From Selaginella moellendorffii (taxonomy: Eukaryota > Plantae > Lycopodiophyta): a stretch of DNA of 64,000 nt. Location of the stretch: assembly GCF_000143415.4 (NCBI RefSeq), contig NW_003314378.1, positions 260,110 to 324,109 on the forward strand. The letters run 5' to 3'. The position numbers and the translations under genes are program-made. Of the stretch, positions 1 to 11,317 are shown piece by piece; the stretch's first letter is position 1, and the number at the start of each line of letters is the position of its first letter. The notes below the pieces were generated by a model that ran no database searches, was not told where the DNA came from, and saw only the letters and a program-made list of their open reading frames with translations.

Positions 1-1
1 A

Positions 2-1946
2 GTGACAACGTCGGCTGAGCCAGCTGAAAACGATGCTAAGGGTAAAGCGGTTACGACGTCACCCGAGCTAAGTTCTCGTCCGTGGTCGCCTGTCTCGGCA
101 CAAATGACCAAAGGATTTCGTATGAATGCCGCTATGGAGGTAAGCTTTTGTTGTAAGAAGGGAACTTTGTGCTTACATTTTGTTGCTGTTATCGCAGGAG
201 TCCAATTCTGATGATGAGGTCCAACCGATAGCAACCCCAGCAGTGTCTACACCCTCCGAAACAAAAACAACACAACTTTTTGCATCTCCAAGCTCTGTAG
301 CTGACAGTAAGCCATCTTCTCCGCCTTTGGCCACTCTTACCGTACCGGCTGCCGAAAGCAAGAGTATGTTTGCATTTTCTACCGCGCCAGCGGCAGAGAA
401 GAAAGCAACTTTTGAGGTGCAGAATTCGTCGCTTTTATTTACAACTTCTCCAGCAACCAGTACGGCTGCAGAAACGAAGTCAACTCAACTATTTGGATTT
501 GCAACTGACAGTAAACCAGCATTTGCGCTTGCAGCAACTTCTACTGTTGCAGCGACCGAAGGCAAGGCTACTGTTGCGTTTCCTAGCACAGCAGTGGCAG
601 AGAAGAAGCTATTCGCTGGGTTCGAGAGTTCTCATTCGACAGCACCTTCATTCACAGCTGCAAGTAAATCGGGTCCTCTATTTATGGCAACGACAGAGAC
701 AAAATCAACTCAACCATTTGGATCTTCGAATGACAGTGGGACACTGTTTGCATTTGGCGCAGCTTCTACTGCACCGGTGGCTGAGAGCAGAGGTGCCTTT
801 GGATTCTCTAGCGTTCCAGTGGTGGAGAAGAAATCAGCGTCCGAGTTTCCGACGCAGGAGATTAAATCATTTACCGCTCCTTCAGCTGTCAGTAAAGCCG
901 TCGAAACGAAATCAACTCCGCTTTTCGCATCGTCAAGCTCTGCAACGGACATTACTCCTTCCACAACCACTCCTGCAATGCCGGCAGCTGAAAGCAAGGC
1001 TACTTTCGCATTCTCGAGCGCTCCAGTGGCGGAGAACAAAGCGAGCTTCGAGTTTTTGGCCTCTCAGACATCAGAGACAAAGCCGGCTTTTTCATTCATC
1101 GCCACTCCAGCATCAGCTACAAGTAAACCGGTGTTTGCACCCGTCCCGGCAGCTGAAAGCAAGCCGGCCTTTTCATTTACGAACGCGCCACCAGCGGAAA
1201 AGAAGGCAGGCTTTGAGTTTGGAGGCGTAACAACGCCGGCATCTTTCACCTTTGGTTCCAACACAAACACCAGCCCGAGTATCTTCGGCATAGCTTCCTC
1301 AGCACCTTCTCCCACCACAGGCACGAGCTCTGCCTTGGGAACCGGGGACATGGAACAGGACATGGCCGAAGAGCCCGCGAGTGCTGTGCAGACGTCGCAG
1401 CCTGTAGCGTTCGGCAACACTCCGGTCCCGGCGGCTCAACCGTTCGTGTTTGGAAGTCCTCCACCAGCACTGCCAACATTTGGAGCGGCGTCGGCTCCCG
1501 ACTTTGGTGCTCATCAGACATCGGCACCGGCATTTGGAGGCTTTGGATCGCAGCCATTTAGTTCTCAGTCTTCACCTTTTGGAGCTGCGGCTACTTCCGG
1601 CAGTGCTACCACCCCAGCGTCGGTTCAACCCTTCGTGTTTGGAAGCTCTCCGCCAGCACCAGCGTTTGGAGCGGCGTCAGCGCCTAGCTTTGGTGGTGGC
1701 AGTCCGCAAGCCAACCCGTTTGCGTCGCAGCCGCCGTTTGGTTCTCAGCCTTCGATCTTCGGCGCCCAGCAACCGGGGGCTGGAGCTACCCCGGCCGCTC
1801 CGGTGTTTGGATCTCAACCAGCAGGGGCGAATCCATTCAGTGGCTTTAGCGGATTTACAGTGGGAGCAGGGAATGCAGATGGCGAGCAGCGGACGAGGAA
1901 GCTTTTCAAGGCGAAGAGGACGGGTGCTTCGAAGAGGGGGAAGTGA
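2..1946 (+). CDS. FG-repeat nucleoporin, Nup1/Nup136(Nup153)-like; last two exons (<2-139, 198-1946), 5' end outside window
   Basis: Ser/Thr/Ala-rich protein with many FxF/FxFG/PAFG/PFVFG repeats and a basic C-terminal RKLFKAKR motif. A 58-bp GT..AG intron (140-197) joins ORF 2..211 and ORF 180..1946 in frame. Confidence 0.8.
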
Positions 1947-2297
1947 GAGGAAGAGGAACAGGAAATGGTGGTGGTGGCGATGGCGGTGGCGACGGTGGCA
2001 GTGATTCTGGCTGGAGCTTAACAGGGAAGAAGAGAGGACGCTGGTTTGTCAGGCAGGACTGACTCTTGATCGATCGAGCTAGCGAAGTTCCAGCGAAGAA
2101 AACTCTCTCGATCGTTCGAGCTAGCGAAGATCCGGAGAGAGCTATTTTGCAGAGGTTGTCATGTTGATTGGAAAGTAAGCTATAGTTTTTTTAAATGAGA
2201 ATGGATGGATGTTTTGTCCCGCTATAATTTTCTTGGCCTTTATTTTTCTGTTAGTTTAGTTACGATTGAAGGAAATTAGGGCTCCTGGTGCTCGGCT

Positions 2298-3882
2298 ATG
2301 AGGCGTATTTCCTGGGCGGGAAGGAACGCGGGTATGGCGCTGTCGATGCAGCAGGACAAGGCCGTCACGGCGATCGCAGCGGCCGCCGCAGCTGGATGTA
2401 GCTTGTCCCAGCAGCAGCCATGGCAGCGGCGAGCTTCGGCCGGATTCGCGAGGCGCCAGGGCGGATTTGATGTCTTGAGGTTTGCTTTTGGGGGCCGTGA
2501 GAGGCGGCTTCAGCATGGCATGCCGCGGCAGTCGGTGCTGTTCTCCAAGCTGCCCTTTGATGAGATTGCCTCGCAGTTTTCTACGCGAGGTAAGAATGTA
2601 GCTTGGAATTTTTGGTGAGGTGTTGCTGATCTCTCTATCACTTGAAGCGTCCGAAGAGACAACGCATGTTACTTTCGATGAATCGGCTGTTTCCCTCCCA
2701 CAACCGGCCAAGAAGTTTTCCACGCACAACTCAGCTTGCAAAAATGGCGAAGAGGTTTGCAAAAAAAAAAAATCCTTCTCTATATACTGAAGTCTCAAGC
2801 TTGCAGGGGTGCCAGAATGCTGAAACGGATTCTACCAGCCGGTGAGCTTGTTTACGTTTCGCGTGGCTATTGGTGAAATTCATGGTGTTCTTGCTTTTTA
2901 AGGTTGCTTCGACTCGACTATGCTGCGGCGATGCGTCCCCATCCTGAGAAGGTGCAAAGCTTACTTGCTAATTTTTGTAGATCTTCTAAGCTTTGCTGTT
3001 TACAGGCTCAAAGAGGGGGTGAAGATGCTTTCTTCACTGAAGGCTCCTGGATGGGTGTTGCTGATGGTGTTGGGGGCTGGGCCGGAGAAGGTAAGACAAA
3101 TCTTTCTTTGAGTCTGTTTCTTCAAAAGAGTTTTTACTGGTTTTCAGGCATTGATTCGGGGATGTATTCTCGGGAGCTTATGGGACATTGTAAGGCATTG
3201 GTTGTAAACAGCAAAGGGAAACCGGACCCCAAGGACGTGCTTGTCAAAGCCGCCGGCAGTACAAAGGCCCAGGGATCAGCAACGGTCCTTGTGGCTGCAT
3301 TGTTTGAGCAAGTAAGCTAGTCGGATTTGATGTTTGAGGCTGAGTCGGGTCATATATTTCAGACACTGTACGCAGCAAACTTGGGAGACTCGGGGTTCAT
3401 CATAGTTCGCAATTGGCAAGTAGTTGCAAGCTCGGAGCCCATGCAGCATAGTTTTAACTTTCCGTTTCAAGTTGGAACATTTGGTGACCATCCGACGGTT
3501 GCAGAGGTACTCTTGCTTCTTTTCCCTTAACTTCGCTAATTTTCCGTCTACAGGAATTCAAGATCCCTGTCTGCAAGGGTGACATTATTGTTTTGGGAAC
3601 TGATGGCCTTTTTGACAATCTCTTCAGCGACGACATAATCGAAGTTCTTAAAAAATCTCTTGGGTCCGACCAAGTCAACTTGAAGGTGAGCTCTCGCTGT
3701 TGAAGAATCTCAAGATTGCTGATAGTCTCTTCACTTTACAGGCAGCTGCAGCAGACCTTGTAGCTGGGGCGCAGGCCGAGCGTTTGGACAGCCCGTTTGC
3801 CAGGGCGGCTGCAAAGGCGAGAATGAATTGGAGCGGTGGAAAGCTAGATGATACCACGGCAGTTGTGGCGTTTGTGACGTGA
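2298..3882 (+). CDS. PPTC7-type (SpoIIE-like) protein phosphatase 2C, multi-exon, apparently intact, with N-terminal organellar-targeting-like extension
   Basis: Splicing short GT-AG introns gives the motifs PHPEK/GGEDAFF, GVADGVGGW, ANLGDSGF, QHSFNFPFQ, GTDGLFDN, SPF and GGKLDDTT. Exon 1 is 2298-2589 and the stop is at 3880-3882. Confidence 0.88.
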
Positions 3883-4039
3883 TATTTGAGTCGCGAAGGG
3901 TAAACATTTCAAGCAGTTTTTGCGGAGGCCAGTGTAAATTGCTCAGGCCGTTAATTTTTGCGGTATTTCCGGTTCTTACGCTAATTGAGGTATGACATCC
4001 TTTTGATTTGATTCAAACCGCTCATTCTTTGTGTCTTTG

Positions 4040-4570
4040 GTGTCCAGCCTTCATTAGAAACTGGTTTAAATCGCAGGTAGCTGCTGCTGAATCTTCTTTT
4101 TAGAAATCAAGGTTTTGTTCCATCAGAAGGTTCACAGCCTGGAAGTTCTAACCTCACTGGAGATTGAACACCGGACAGGACAGGTATCTCTTCTGTTTAG
4201 AGGGAACTGCTCAGGGTCACTTGAGGTGTTAGACATGTAGTTTAGCTGGACGATCACGAGCAAGCTCAAGATACTCAAGCTCTCCGGCAACATGATCTCT
4301 GGCTCGTCCTTCTCGGGGGTACATCGAGCTGCTAGGCCTTTGGCACGATGGGATCTTTCGCGACTGCGTGGCTCTCCAGGAGCTCTCACCCTCGTCCAGC
4401 ATCAAACTCCAGAATGTCATGCTCGGCCCTACATCTCTCAGCCATCCAAGTGGGTGTGCGGGCTTGGAAGTGCTCGAACAACGTTTCAGAGGAGCTCGTG
4501 TGGGCTATCTTGTCTCTCAGCTTGGGCAGACTCTTTGAGTTTGCTCGGATCTCTCGGAGAACCGGTTGAA
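4040..4570 (+). pseudogene. Degenerate leucine-rich-repeat (LRR-RLK/RLP-like) gene fragment; present in most units
   Basis: Translations such as SLEVLTSLEI..., SKLKILKLSGNMISGS and (in other copies) GIFRDCVALQELFNSLT fit the plant extracellular LRR consensus LxxLxLxxNxLSG. Short GT-AG intron-like segments are present. Frameshifted. Confidence 0.4.
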
Positions 4571-4967
4571 GGGGATGGTTCTGAAGGACTAAGTGGTGGA
4601 AACCCTGCTACGGTCGAATAGCAACAAAGAGCTCACGGAGAACAGTTTGAAGGACAGCTCCAGGCGAGCTCATGTGGAGGATCCTTGGATACCGCTCTCG
4701 TCCCAGTACCGTGAGACTCCACCAGAAAGATGGTGAGGAAGGTGGCGACAAGCCAATTGGCTGGAGCCGTGACTTCCTTCTTTGTCTCGAGTATTTGGTC
4801 GCGTGTCCCGTCCACATGGTGAGCCACGGAATTGTTTCTTAGTTGCTCAAATCTTAATTCTTTCCGATCTCCAGGTTGGTAATCACCATCACCAACTAAG
4901 AGGAATTTTTTGCATTGAGGCTTTGGAGTTCGGTAGGCGGCGAAGAAAAACTTTCCAGGATCGGAGG

Positions 4968-6419
4968 ATGAAAAGTTACAGCCCGAGCTTGCTGTTCTTC
5001 GTGCTCCTCTTCTCCGCTGCGGCACTGCTACTCGTATGGATTCTCGACGTAAATTCCGACTCCGCGATGATGTCCCGGAGCCGAACTCTGGGATCAAACT
5101 TCCGCATCAGCAACAACACCACAAGCTACAACGGCAGCGACTCTTGCAGGAGTAGGAACGAGTACGACTTCTACAGCCGCCGAAGATCGGCGAGCTTCGA
5201 GCCATCCGAGTCGCTCCAACGGAAAATCCTAGAGTACGAGGCTTTGCACGGGAGGTGCGCTCCGGGGCCCGAGCAGTGCGCGAACTGTAGTACATGCGGC
5301 TACCTCGTCTACGTTCCCGCCAACCAGGGGATCGGCAACAAGATGGTGGCTATAGTAGCAGCGTTTCTCTACGCGCTGCTCACCGACAGGACGATGCTGA
5401 TCGCGAGGTTGGAGAACCTGGACACGCTCTTCTGCGAGCCGTTTCCATCCAGCTCCTGGCTGCTGCCGTCGAGCTGGAAGCACCTCGAGTTGGCGCCGTG
5501 GGACGCCTCCAAGTGGATTGGGAGCCTGGCGGGTTCGCCCAACTGCAGCCGCGGCGTCGACGTGAGCTTCCCCGAGGTGGTGGTGGCCTATCTCGATTAC
5601 AACTACAGGGACCAGGACAAGGCCTTCTTCTGCCAAGATCAACAGCAAGCTCTCAACTCCAGCGCGCGGTGGATCGTCCTCTCCTCCGGCCAGTACTTCA
5701 CTCCGGCGCTCTACAACGTCCCGGCTTTCAGGAGCAAACTCGAGGAATTGTTCCCACAGCAGGAGGCCATCTTCCATCTCCTGGTGAGGTACCTGTTGCT
5801 TCCCAGTGACTTCGTGTGGGACAAGGCGGCCAGGTACTACGACGCGTACCTGGCCCAGGCCGAGCTTCTAGTCGGGGTCCAGCTGCGAAACCACATCTGG
5901 TTCTCGCCACCCAATCTCGCCGAGGATACGTTCGACTGCCTGGTGCAACAAGGCGCGCTCGCAAACACCACCCAGGAGCGAGCTCCCAGATCGTCGGTGA
6001 GGAAGAACAGCAAGAAGGTGGCGGTGCTGGTGGTGTCGCTCAACTCGCAGTACTCGGAGACGCTCAAGAGCAAGGTGCTGGGATACGATCTAGCGGACGG
6101 CTCCTCGGTGTCCATCCACCAGCCGAGTGTGGAGGGCGTGCAAAACACGGGGAACTTGGATCACGACGCACAGGCGGTGATGGAGATCTACTTGCTGTCG
6201 ATGAGCGATGTCCTGGTGACGAGCCCGCCATCCACGTTTGACTATTCGGCGGCGGGGCTGGCGGGCGTGCGGCCCGTGCAGTTCGTGTGCGACCAGAACA
6301 AGAGCGTGGTTTGCTCGGTGAGGGAGACGATGGAGCCGTGCTACCACGTTTATCCGGCTCAGTTCGCGCTGGACAACATTGAAAAGTGCGAATGCGGCGT
6401 GGGTTTCAGACTAGTCTAA
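4968..6419 (+). CDS. GT37 xyloglucan alpha-1,2-fucosyltransferase-like protein (type II membrane), uninterrupted ORF, intronless
   Basis: N-terminal TM segment followed by GIGNKMVAIVAAFLYALLTDR, LFCEPFP, GVQLR, HQPSxEGxQ, EIYLLSMSDVLVTS..STF and EPC motifs. Likely start is ATG 4968 (MKSYSPSLLFF). Confidence 0.9.
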   Translation: MKSYSPSLLFFVLLFSAAALLLVWILDVNSDSAMMSRSRTLGSNFRISNNTTSYNGSDSCRSRNEYDFYSRRRSASFEPSESLQRKILEYEALHGRCAPGPEQCANCSTCGYLVYVPANQGIGNKMVAIVAAFLYALLTDRTMLIARLENLDTLFCEPFPSSSWLLPSSWKHLELAPWDASKWIGSLAGSPNCSRGVDVSFPEVVVAYLDYNYRDQDKAFFCQDQQQALNSSARWIVLSSGQYFTPALYNVPAFRSKLEELFPQQEAIFHLLVRYLLLPSDFVWDKAARYYDAYLAQAELLVGVQLRNHIWFSPPNLAEDTFDCLVQQGALANTTQERAPRSSVRKNSKKVAVLVVSLNSQYSETLKSKVLGYDLADGSSVSIHQPSVEGVQNTGNLDHDAQAVMEIYLLSMSDVLVTSPPSTFDYSAAGLAGVRPVQFVCDQNKSVVCSVRETMEPCYHVYPAQFALDNIEKCECGVGFRLV

Positions 6420-6799
6420 AGGACGTTCTTAGAAAGGATGTTGTCTTAGAAAGTTCTTAAAGCTTTAAGATTTTATTTTCTTTCTCGTGATAGATTTCTA
6501 AGTTGCTCCTTGGGTGCATCACGCAAATCTAGCGTCATTTGTAGACTTGCGCGGTCAGGTCATGCTCTTGGCCCACGCAAAGTTGCGTCAAGGCTGCTTT
6601 GAAATCCGACATACACGGAAAAGGTAATTTGGTACCAAGAGCTTATAGACTTTTAATGGCGAGCTGTCTTTTCTGCAGGACTTTGAAAAGCTGCTCGTAG
6701 AGTGTTCTGGCTTGGAAACTAACGAGTCTTGTTTTCACAAATGGCACGCGCAAAGGACTTGACTGTTTACCAAGCCCGGTGGAGAACTTTTTGTGTGAA

Positions 6800-6806
6800 T
6801 ATAAAA
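6800..6806 (+). promoter_or_regulatory. TATA box of the secreted-peptide gene
   Basis: TATAAAA ~100 bp upstream of ATG 6904; a TATAAA core is kept in the other units. Confidence 0.5.
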
Positions 6807-6903
6807 CACTGGAGGCCCATTGGATCCAATCGTATCGGAGCAAGCACAGCTCTTGGTTCTTATACAACGATATCATCACTACATTTAGTGCTTTGTGGCT
6901 GGA

Positions 6904-7149
6904 ATGGATCGTGGAAGGATGCTTCTTGCCATCGCATTGGTGATCATGATCAGCGGCAACATCGATTGTTCCAGGCCGGGCTCGTTTTCGGCGATGAGCC
7001 AGCAGGCCGAGCTTTTCAATTCCGAATTGCGCCTTCCTGTTGTTAACAAGATCCACAATCTTTTCGAAAGGACCTTCCGGAGAATGCTCATCCAGGGTCA
7101 GCCCACGCCATCCTCCGGCCCTTCCTGGTGCTGCCACGACCATCCATAG
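6904..7149 (+). CDS. Small secreted peptide precursor (IDA/PIP-PIPL-like SGPS motif), unit 1
   Basis: MDRGRMLLAIALVIMISGNIDC-SRP signal-peptide-like N-terminus, RRML motif, C-terminal QPTPSSGPSWCCHDHP*. The ORF is conserved across units. Confidence 0.7.
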   Translation: MDRGRMLLAIALVIMISGNIDCSRPGSFSAMSQQAELFNSELRLPVVNKIHNLFERTFRRMLIQGQPTPSSGPSWCCHDHP

Positions 7150-7211
7150 CATTTTCCTAAAACGATTTTTCATTTCAATACCACCATTATTTGGCTAATT
7201 GAAGGGGCGGA

Positions 7212-7233
7212 CAGCCACGTGGCTGACACGTCA
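7212..7233. promoter_or_regulatory. G-box/ABRE palindrome (cagCCACGTGGctg) with adjacent tgACACGTca
   Basis: Perfect 14-bp palindrome around CACGTG, kept in all units just 3' of the peptide gene. Confidence 0.4.
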
Positions 7234-7739
7234 CGCTGGGAGACGGCGGCGAATTCTCCTCCAAATCCTCCGCCTCCACCCCTTTCCCCATTCTTCCCCA
7301 CCTCCGCTTCCTCCCATTACAGTCACACATCAATTTACCCAGCTTGCGTCCATGAGGCGCTTATCTCACCAAGGTGAAGGGGAATGATAAAGGCATCTTT
7401 CCATTTTTCCCTGTCAACTTCAAGAGACTTGAGAGCTGCTTGGAATTCCCCGAAGTTCCAGTCCAGCAAGTAAAGTCTCCACAAGACTTTCAGGGATGTC
7501 TTGTACAGCTGCGAACAATCAGCCGTGGTGGTGGCTTGCCCTTGTTCTGGCGAGAAGATCTGCAAAGAGGAGCGGCTGCAGTGAGTCTCGAAGATTCGCA
7601 GGTCGTTCGGATTGGGCATGGCTTGAGGGCCGGGCAGGGCAGGAGGGACAAGAGCCGGTGGTGCTAGAACAAGCTGCAGAGGGAAGTGGGCAGCACTGGC
7701 AAAGGCAGATTTTTTCCCACTTGACGATGGAGTCTCATT

Positions 7740-8310
7740 GAAATGCACGTCTGGTGAGATGATCAGCGTCTTGGAGACAGGATTGTAGACCTTGTAAGCC
7801 TTGTGTTCAATGCTATAGCCTAGGAAAATGCCGCTTGTTGAAGTGAGTTTTTTTCTAGTTTTAGAGGGGATATGGACGCCATGGAAGGTGCGCTAATCCA
7901 TTTGAATTCCACTTTGTGCAAGAACCCTTGACAATCCTGGACCTCAACATTGGCAAGCACTTAAACGTGTCTTTTGGTACTTACGAGATATGTTTCCTTA
8001 CAGTCTTAAGGCCAAGAGTCAAGCTATGTTTCCTTACAGTTTTAAGGCCAAGAGTCAAGCTATGTTTCCTTACAGTCTTAAGGCCAAGAGTCAAGCTTAC
8101 TGGGCTGGCTTTGGCTATATTGTTTAGCCTTCGGTGTTGGGCCGGGTGTCGTTGAGGAGGCGGCAAAGCCAGATGGCCTCTTTGCATGCGGAACTAGCCT
8201 CCGCCTCACAGCTGGAGCAGGCAACGACGCTCTGCTTCTTGCTGCCAATTGCATTGTAATCTACTGTAACAATCATCACAAGATTAATTCCCGGACGAAA
8301 CACGCACCAC
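7740..8310. mobile_element. Old Ty1/Copia relic (integrase C-terminus on -, RT-end/RNase H on +); part of every unit
   Basis: GIFLGYGIEHKAYKVYNP (integrase SH3-like, - strand). PGPQHWQALKR, SKKQSVVACSSCEAE..A.KEAIWLRRLL and IYCDNQ..SRTKH (+ strand in most copies). Confidence 0.75.
7989..8096 (+). repeat. 36-bp direct repeat x3 (tatgtttccttacagtcttaaggccaagagtcaagc), unit 1 only
   Basis: Three near-identical copies; single copy in other units. Confidence 0.9.
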
Positions 8311-8699
8311 GCTGGGAGACACGTCCAGTTCTTTCCATGTTATGCAATCTTAATTGAACACCACAACAGCCTGGAAATCGAGTCCGCTGCTTCATCCCAC
8401 CAAAAAATCTGATCTCGTGCACAGCATGAAACGAACATTCTCTGTGCCTCTCCTGATAGAGCCATACAGGACCTTCTCATGTCCAGCCAGCCACTCGATT
8501 ATTATATGCAGCACACTCAAATACATCCAAGTAAATCTTGAAATCCTCGCAAAGTAGGCTAAATGAGTCTGCTTGAGGAGGGCTTAAGTGAGTTGGCAAG
8601 GTGTAGTTTTGGTCTTTCCCTTGAACATTGTAAGATCATGGACCTCACGTCACTACAGTGTCACCTTTAACTCATTGTAACGCCGCATAAAGGGATTAC

Positions 8700-8990
8700 T
8701 GCGTTTGCTCAAGTCCTCGATGGGAGCGTGGAAGGTGATAGCGCCTACATCAGCTCCGTGAATCGCAACAAGGATTTCTTTATTCTCATGACAGGGGATT
8801 TTAGGATCGCGCCAGGCAGGGATCACTTCGTCTGCATGATCGATATCTTCGGCCGTGGCAGGGAGAATGCCGAGGAATTGCTGCGTGCCATGCCGTTTGT
8901 GCCAGATGCTCTGATTTGTAGGGTTTTGGTGGCATCTTGCCGATCGCATTACGATATGTTTCGGGCACTGGATCGACATATATGGCAAAT
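8700..8990 (+). pseudogene. PLS-class PPR gene relic (terminal motifs/E domain); best preserved in U7 (~63330-63600)
   Basis: PGRDHFVCMIDIFGRG..ENAEELLRAMPFVPDALICRVLVASCRSH resembles the P..EHY.CMVDLLGRAG.L.EA..LI..MP..PD..VW..LL.AC..H consensus. Confidence 0.75.
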
Positions 8991-9133
8991 CGCTCCAAGA
9001 GCGTGTTTAAAATGGAAATTGGCGGGAAAGCGATGTGTTTGTTTTCTAGCTGTGCATACTATCGAAAGGTGGAAAAAGAATTTATTTATCTTTCCATTCA
9101 GTCAAGTCAGCCTCCCAACCTTTGGAGAAACTT

Positions 9134-9799
9134 TCAAGTCATGCCGATGAGCTCTCTCAACTTCTGGATGAGACCACGGTCGTCAATCTGGAACGCTTTT
9201 GCGATCACGTTGTCGTTGATTGGAGGACTGGAATCAAACACCGCCTTGGCCACCTGAGTTGCCCCGGGGTTTTGGCTGTTGAAGCCAGCCATCGCAACCG
9301 CAGGCTCCTTTCCAACGTTGAGCTGGAAGTGAATGAGTCCCCGAGGGAAGACGAACAGATCTCCAGGATAGAGCATTTGGGCGAAGAGCTTGTTGTCCGG
9401 CAAGGTGGTGATGAATCCGACTAAGAGGTTCCCGTGCACGAGGAAGAGCAACTCGGATCCTCGGGGATGGACGTGGGGGGGATTGGTGCCGCCGGGAGCA
9501 TAGTCGATGCGGGCAAAAGCTACACCAAAGGTGTTGAGACCGGGGAAATTGTTGACACTCGCCAGCGTGACGTTGGAGCCGAGCTTGTTGTCGGTGTTCC
9601 CGGGAGTCGCCAGCAGGCTCGACTTGAAGTCCTCGGCTTTCACATCGGCGGCCGCCTTGCAGACGACGCCGTTCACTTTGATCTTGGAGCCATTGTCTGC
9701 AACGCAAAAGTCCTACAGCATATCTTCATCCGCAGCATGTACAAACAAGATGGAGCTGATTGCTAGGAGGAAGGATAGAACAAAACGAAGATGAGCCAT
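9134..9799 (-). pseudogene. Germin-like protein, unit 1, premature stop
   Basis: Germin boxes are present, but the Q of QDFCVAD is TAG (+ strand tcctacagca at 9711-9720). Several extra amino-acid changes. Confidence 0.85.
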
Positions 9800-11143
9800 C
9801 TTGCGAGCTTGGAAAAGACTGATGGAGCTATATGAGGGAGGGGCAGGCATTTTATAGCCGGAGGAGGGGAGGCGAGGTCCTTTGGATGACTTCGTCGTGA
9901 ATCGTGCACGATTTTAGGTACACGGTCTTCTGTTCCCTTCTATTTCATTTTTTACTCTTGCTGTCCGCATAACACAATCCGATTTGTTTGCTGCCAAGTC
10001 GTCTCGGAAGTTTTCTTTTACCGGGCTTGTCTAGAGCCGTCCAAATCATCTTTTCTTAGATGATGACGACCTTGGTTTTGATGGTAGGAACCGGTCTCAG
10101 TGAAACTCGAGTTTTACACGGTCTTGGTAAAAGCTTTACACTAAATTGCTTTATTCTTCTTGGCACCAGAGACTTTTTATATGTGGAGTTTTAATGGAAT
10201 TATTATGGATTGTGTAGGTCCATTGCTGATACAAATAAACTATGGGTATATCGACCAAAGGTACGTCTATGTAGGTTATCAATTTTGCAGACAATTATGT
10301 TGTCAGAAGGATAGTTGCTCACGTAGTCATGAGATATATATAGTCATAGTCATTGTGATTATTGTTTGCATCATTGTCATGGGCAAAATAGAATGTTTAT
10401 TGCTGCCACTTTATTAATCAATTTAATGCAATAAACTTATGATATTAAAAAAATTTATAATTTGTCCCACCATTGCAATCTAGGAAAGCATCCAGTTGGG
10501 GTGGTGGGAGTGAACTGAGAAATACTCATTTATTTCTCATGTGCTGCTGTGTGAGCATGTCAATCAATCAGCTGACCTCAGTATTAGTGGTCGTGGGCAG
10601 TGCATTCTAAAGCTCTTTGACTTGTTGGGCAAAGTCGGGCACCCATGCTGGCATGACTTGGTCGTGACCACAGCAAGTTTTGGTTGTTGATATGCAACTA
10701 GAACTTGTTTTAAACAGCATATGCATCCTAGTCAAACATGAGGCAGTTAAGAACTCTTGGAATTCCCCACTATTGCAAAGAAATAAAGAAAAAATATCAA
10801 TGATTACTCTATTTAACTTTCACTCACCATTTTGTTAAGGAAAAACTTAAACAATACACCACATTATTAAAGAATAGTTTAAACGACCAGGATGTAATCG
10901 TTTGTACTACTCCTATTCCATCTATAGTGCCCAATTGTGTAGTGCTGTTAACAATGTAAAGTTGGGAGGCGGCATTAGTCATGTGGATGTCCTCCGCTGC
11001 TGCCTGGTTCGAGGAGCCCTTCCACTGTTGTGAGTTGAGCCTGCAAAGTCTGTTGCAATATTAAAAACGTTTAATTGCCCAGCAAGCCTCACTGGTTTGA
11101 TCAGTCAGTGTATAGTTTTATCTTAAGAGTAACATTCCACGAA

Positions 11144-11317
11144 CTAGAGAGTAGAATTTAGATGCTCAACCAAAGTCCCACCCATATCCATAACCCACGC
11201 CTTGTCCACCAGTGGAATCAACTCTCTGCGAGGAAAGAAAATAAGATCCAAGCACTAATCACGCAAGTTTACCGCAGATCATGGCTCACAACGAGCAACG
11301 TCCTCTCCTTCTTTAAG
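11144..11317 (-). pseudogene. 3' end of an ABCI11/NAP14-like ABC ATPase (last exons), cut by the unit junction; repeated at 23612-23785, 32048-32221, 40309-40475, 48255-48428(+), 58173-58346
   Basis: Splicing a 47-bp GT..AG intron (11272-11226) gives LKKERTLLVVSHDLR|ELIPLVDKAWVMDMGGTLVEHLNSTL*, which contains the ABC H-loop VSHD. Confidence 0.75.

Noticed and set aside
370-2004. Long alternative-frame and antisense ORFs over the nucleoporin (and similarly over FUT and GLP)
   Set aside because: Shadow ORFs from biased codon usage and GC richness, with no recognisable domains.
4782-4967. N-terminal extension of the 545-aa FUT ORF
   Set aside because: It starts at a non-ATG codon. ATG 4968 directly precedes the TM anchor expected for a type II Golgi enzyme.
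7330-7700. Possible Gypsy RT fragment (…DREKWKVAFIIP)
   Set aside because: Resemblance too weak to support without a search.
7989-8096. 36-bp repeats as a CRISPR-like array
   Set aside because: No spacers; simple tandem triplication in eukaryotic DNA.
10160-11120. Recurrent short ORFs upstream of GLP
   Set aside because: Frames are not conserved between units and no motif was recognised; left unassigned.
2582-11317. Unit as a Helitron or Pack-MULE carrying gene fragments
   Set aside because: No TIRs, TSD or CTRR-hairpin end. Boundaries fall inside two resident genes, and unit 1 is continuous with the native PP2C.
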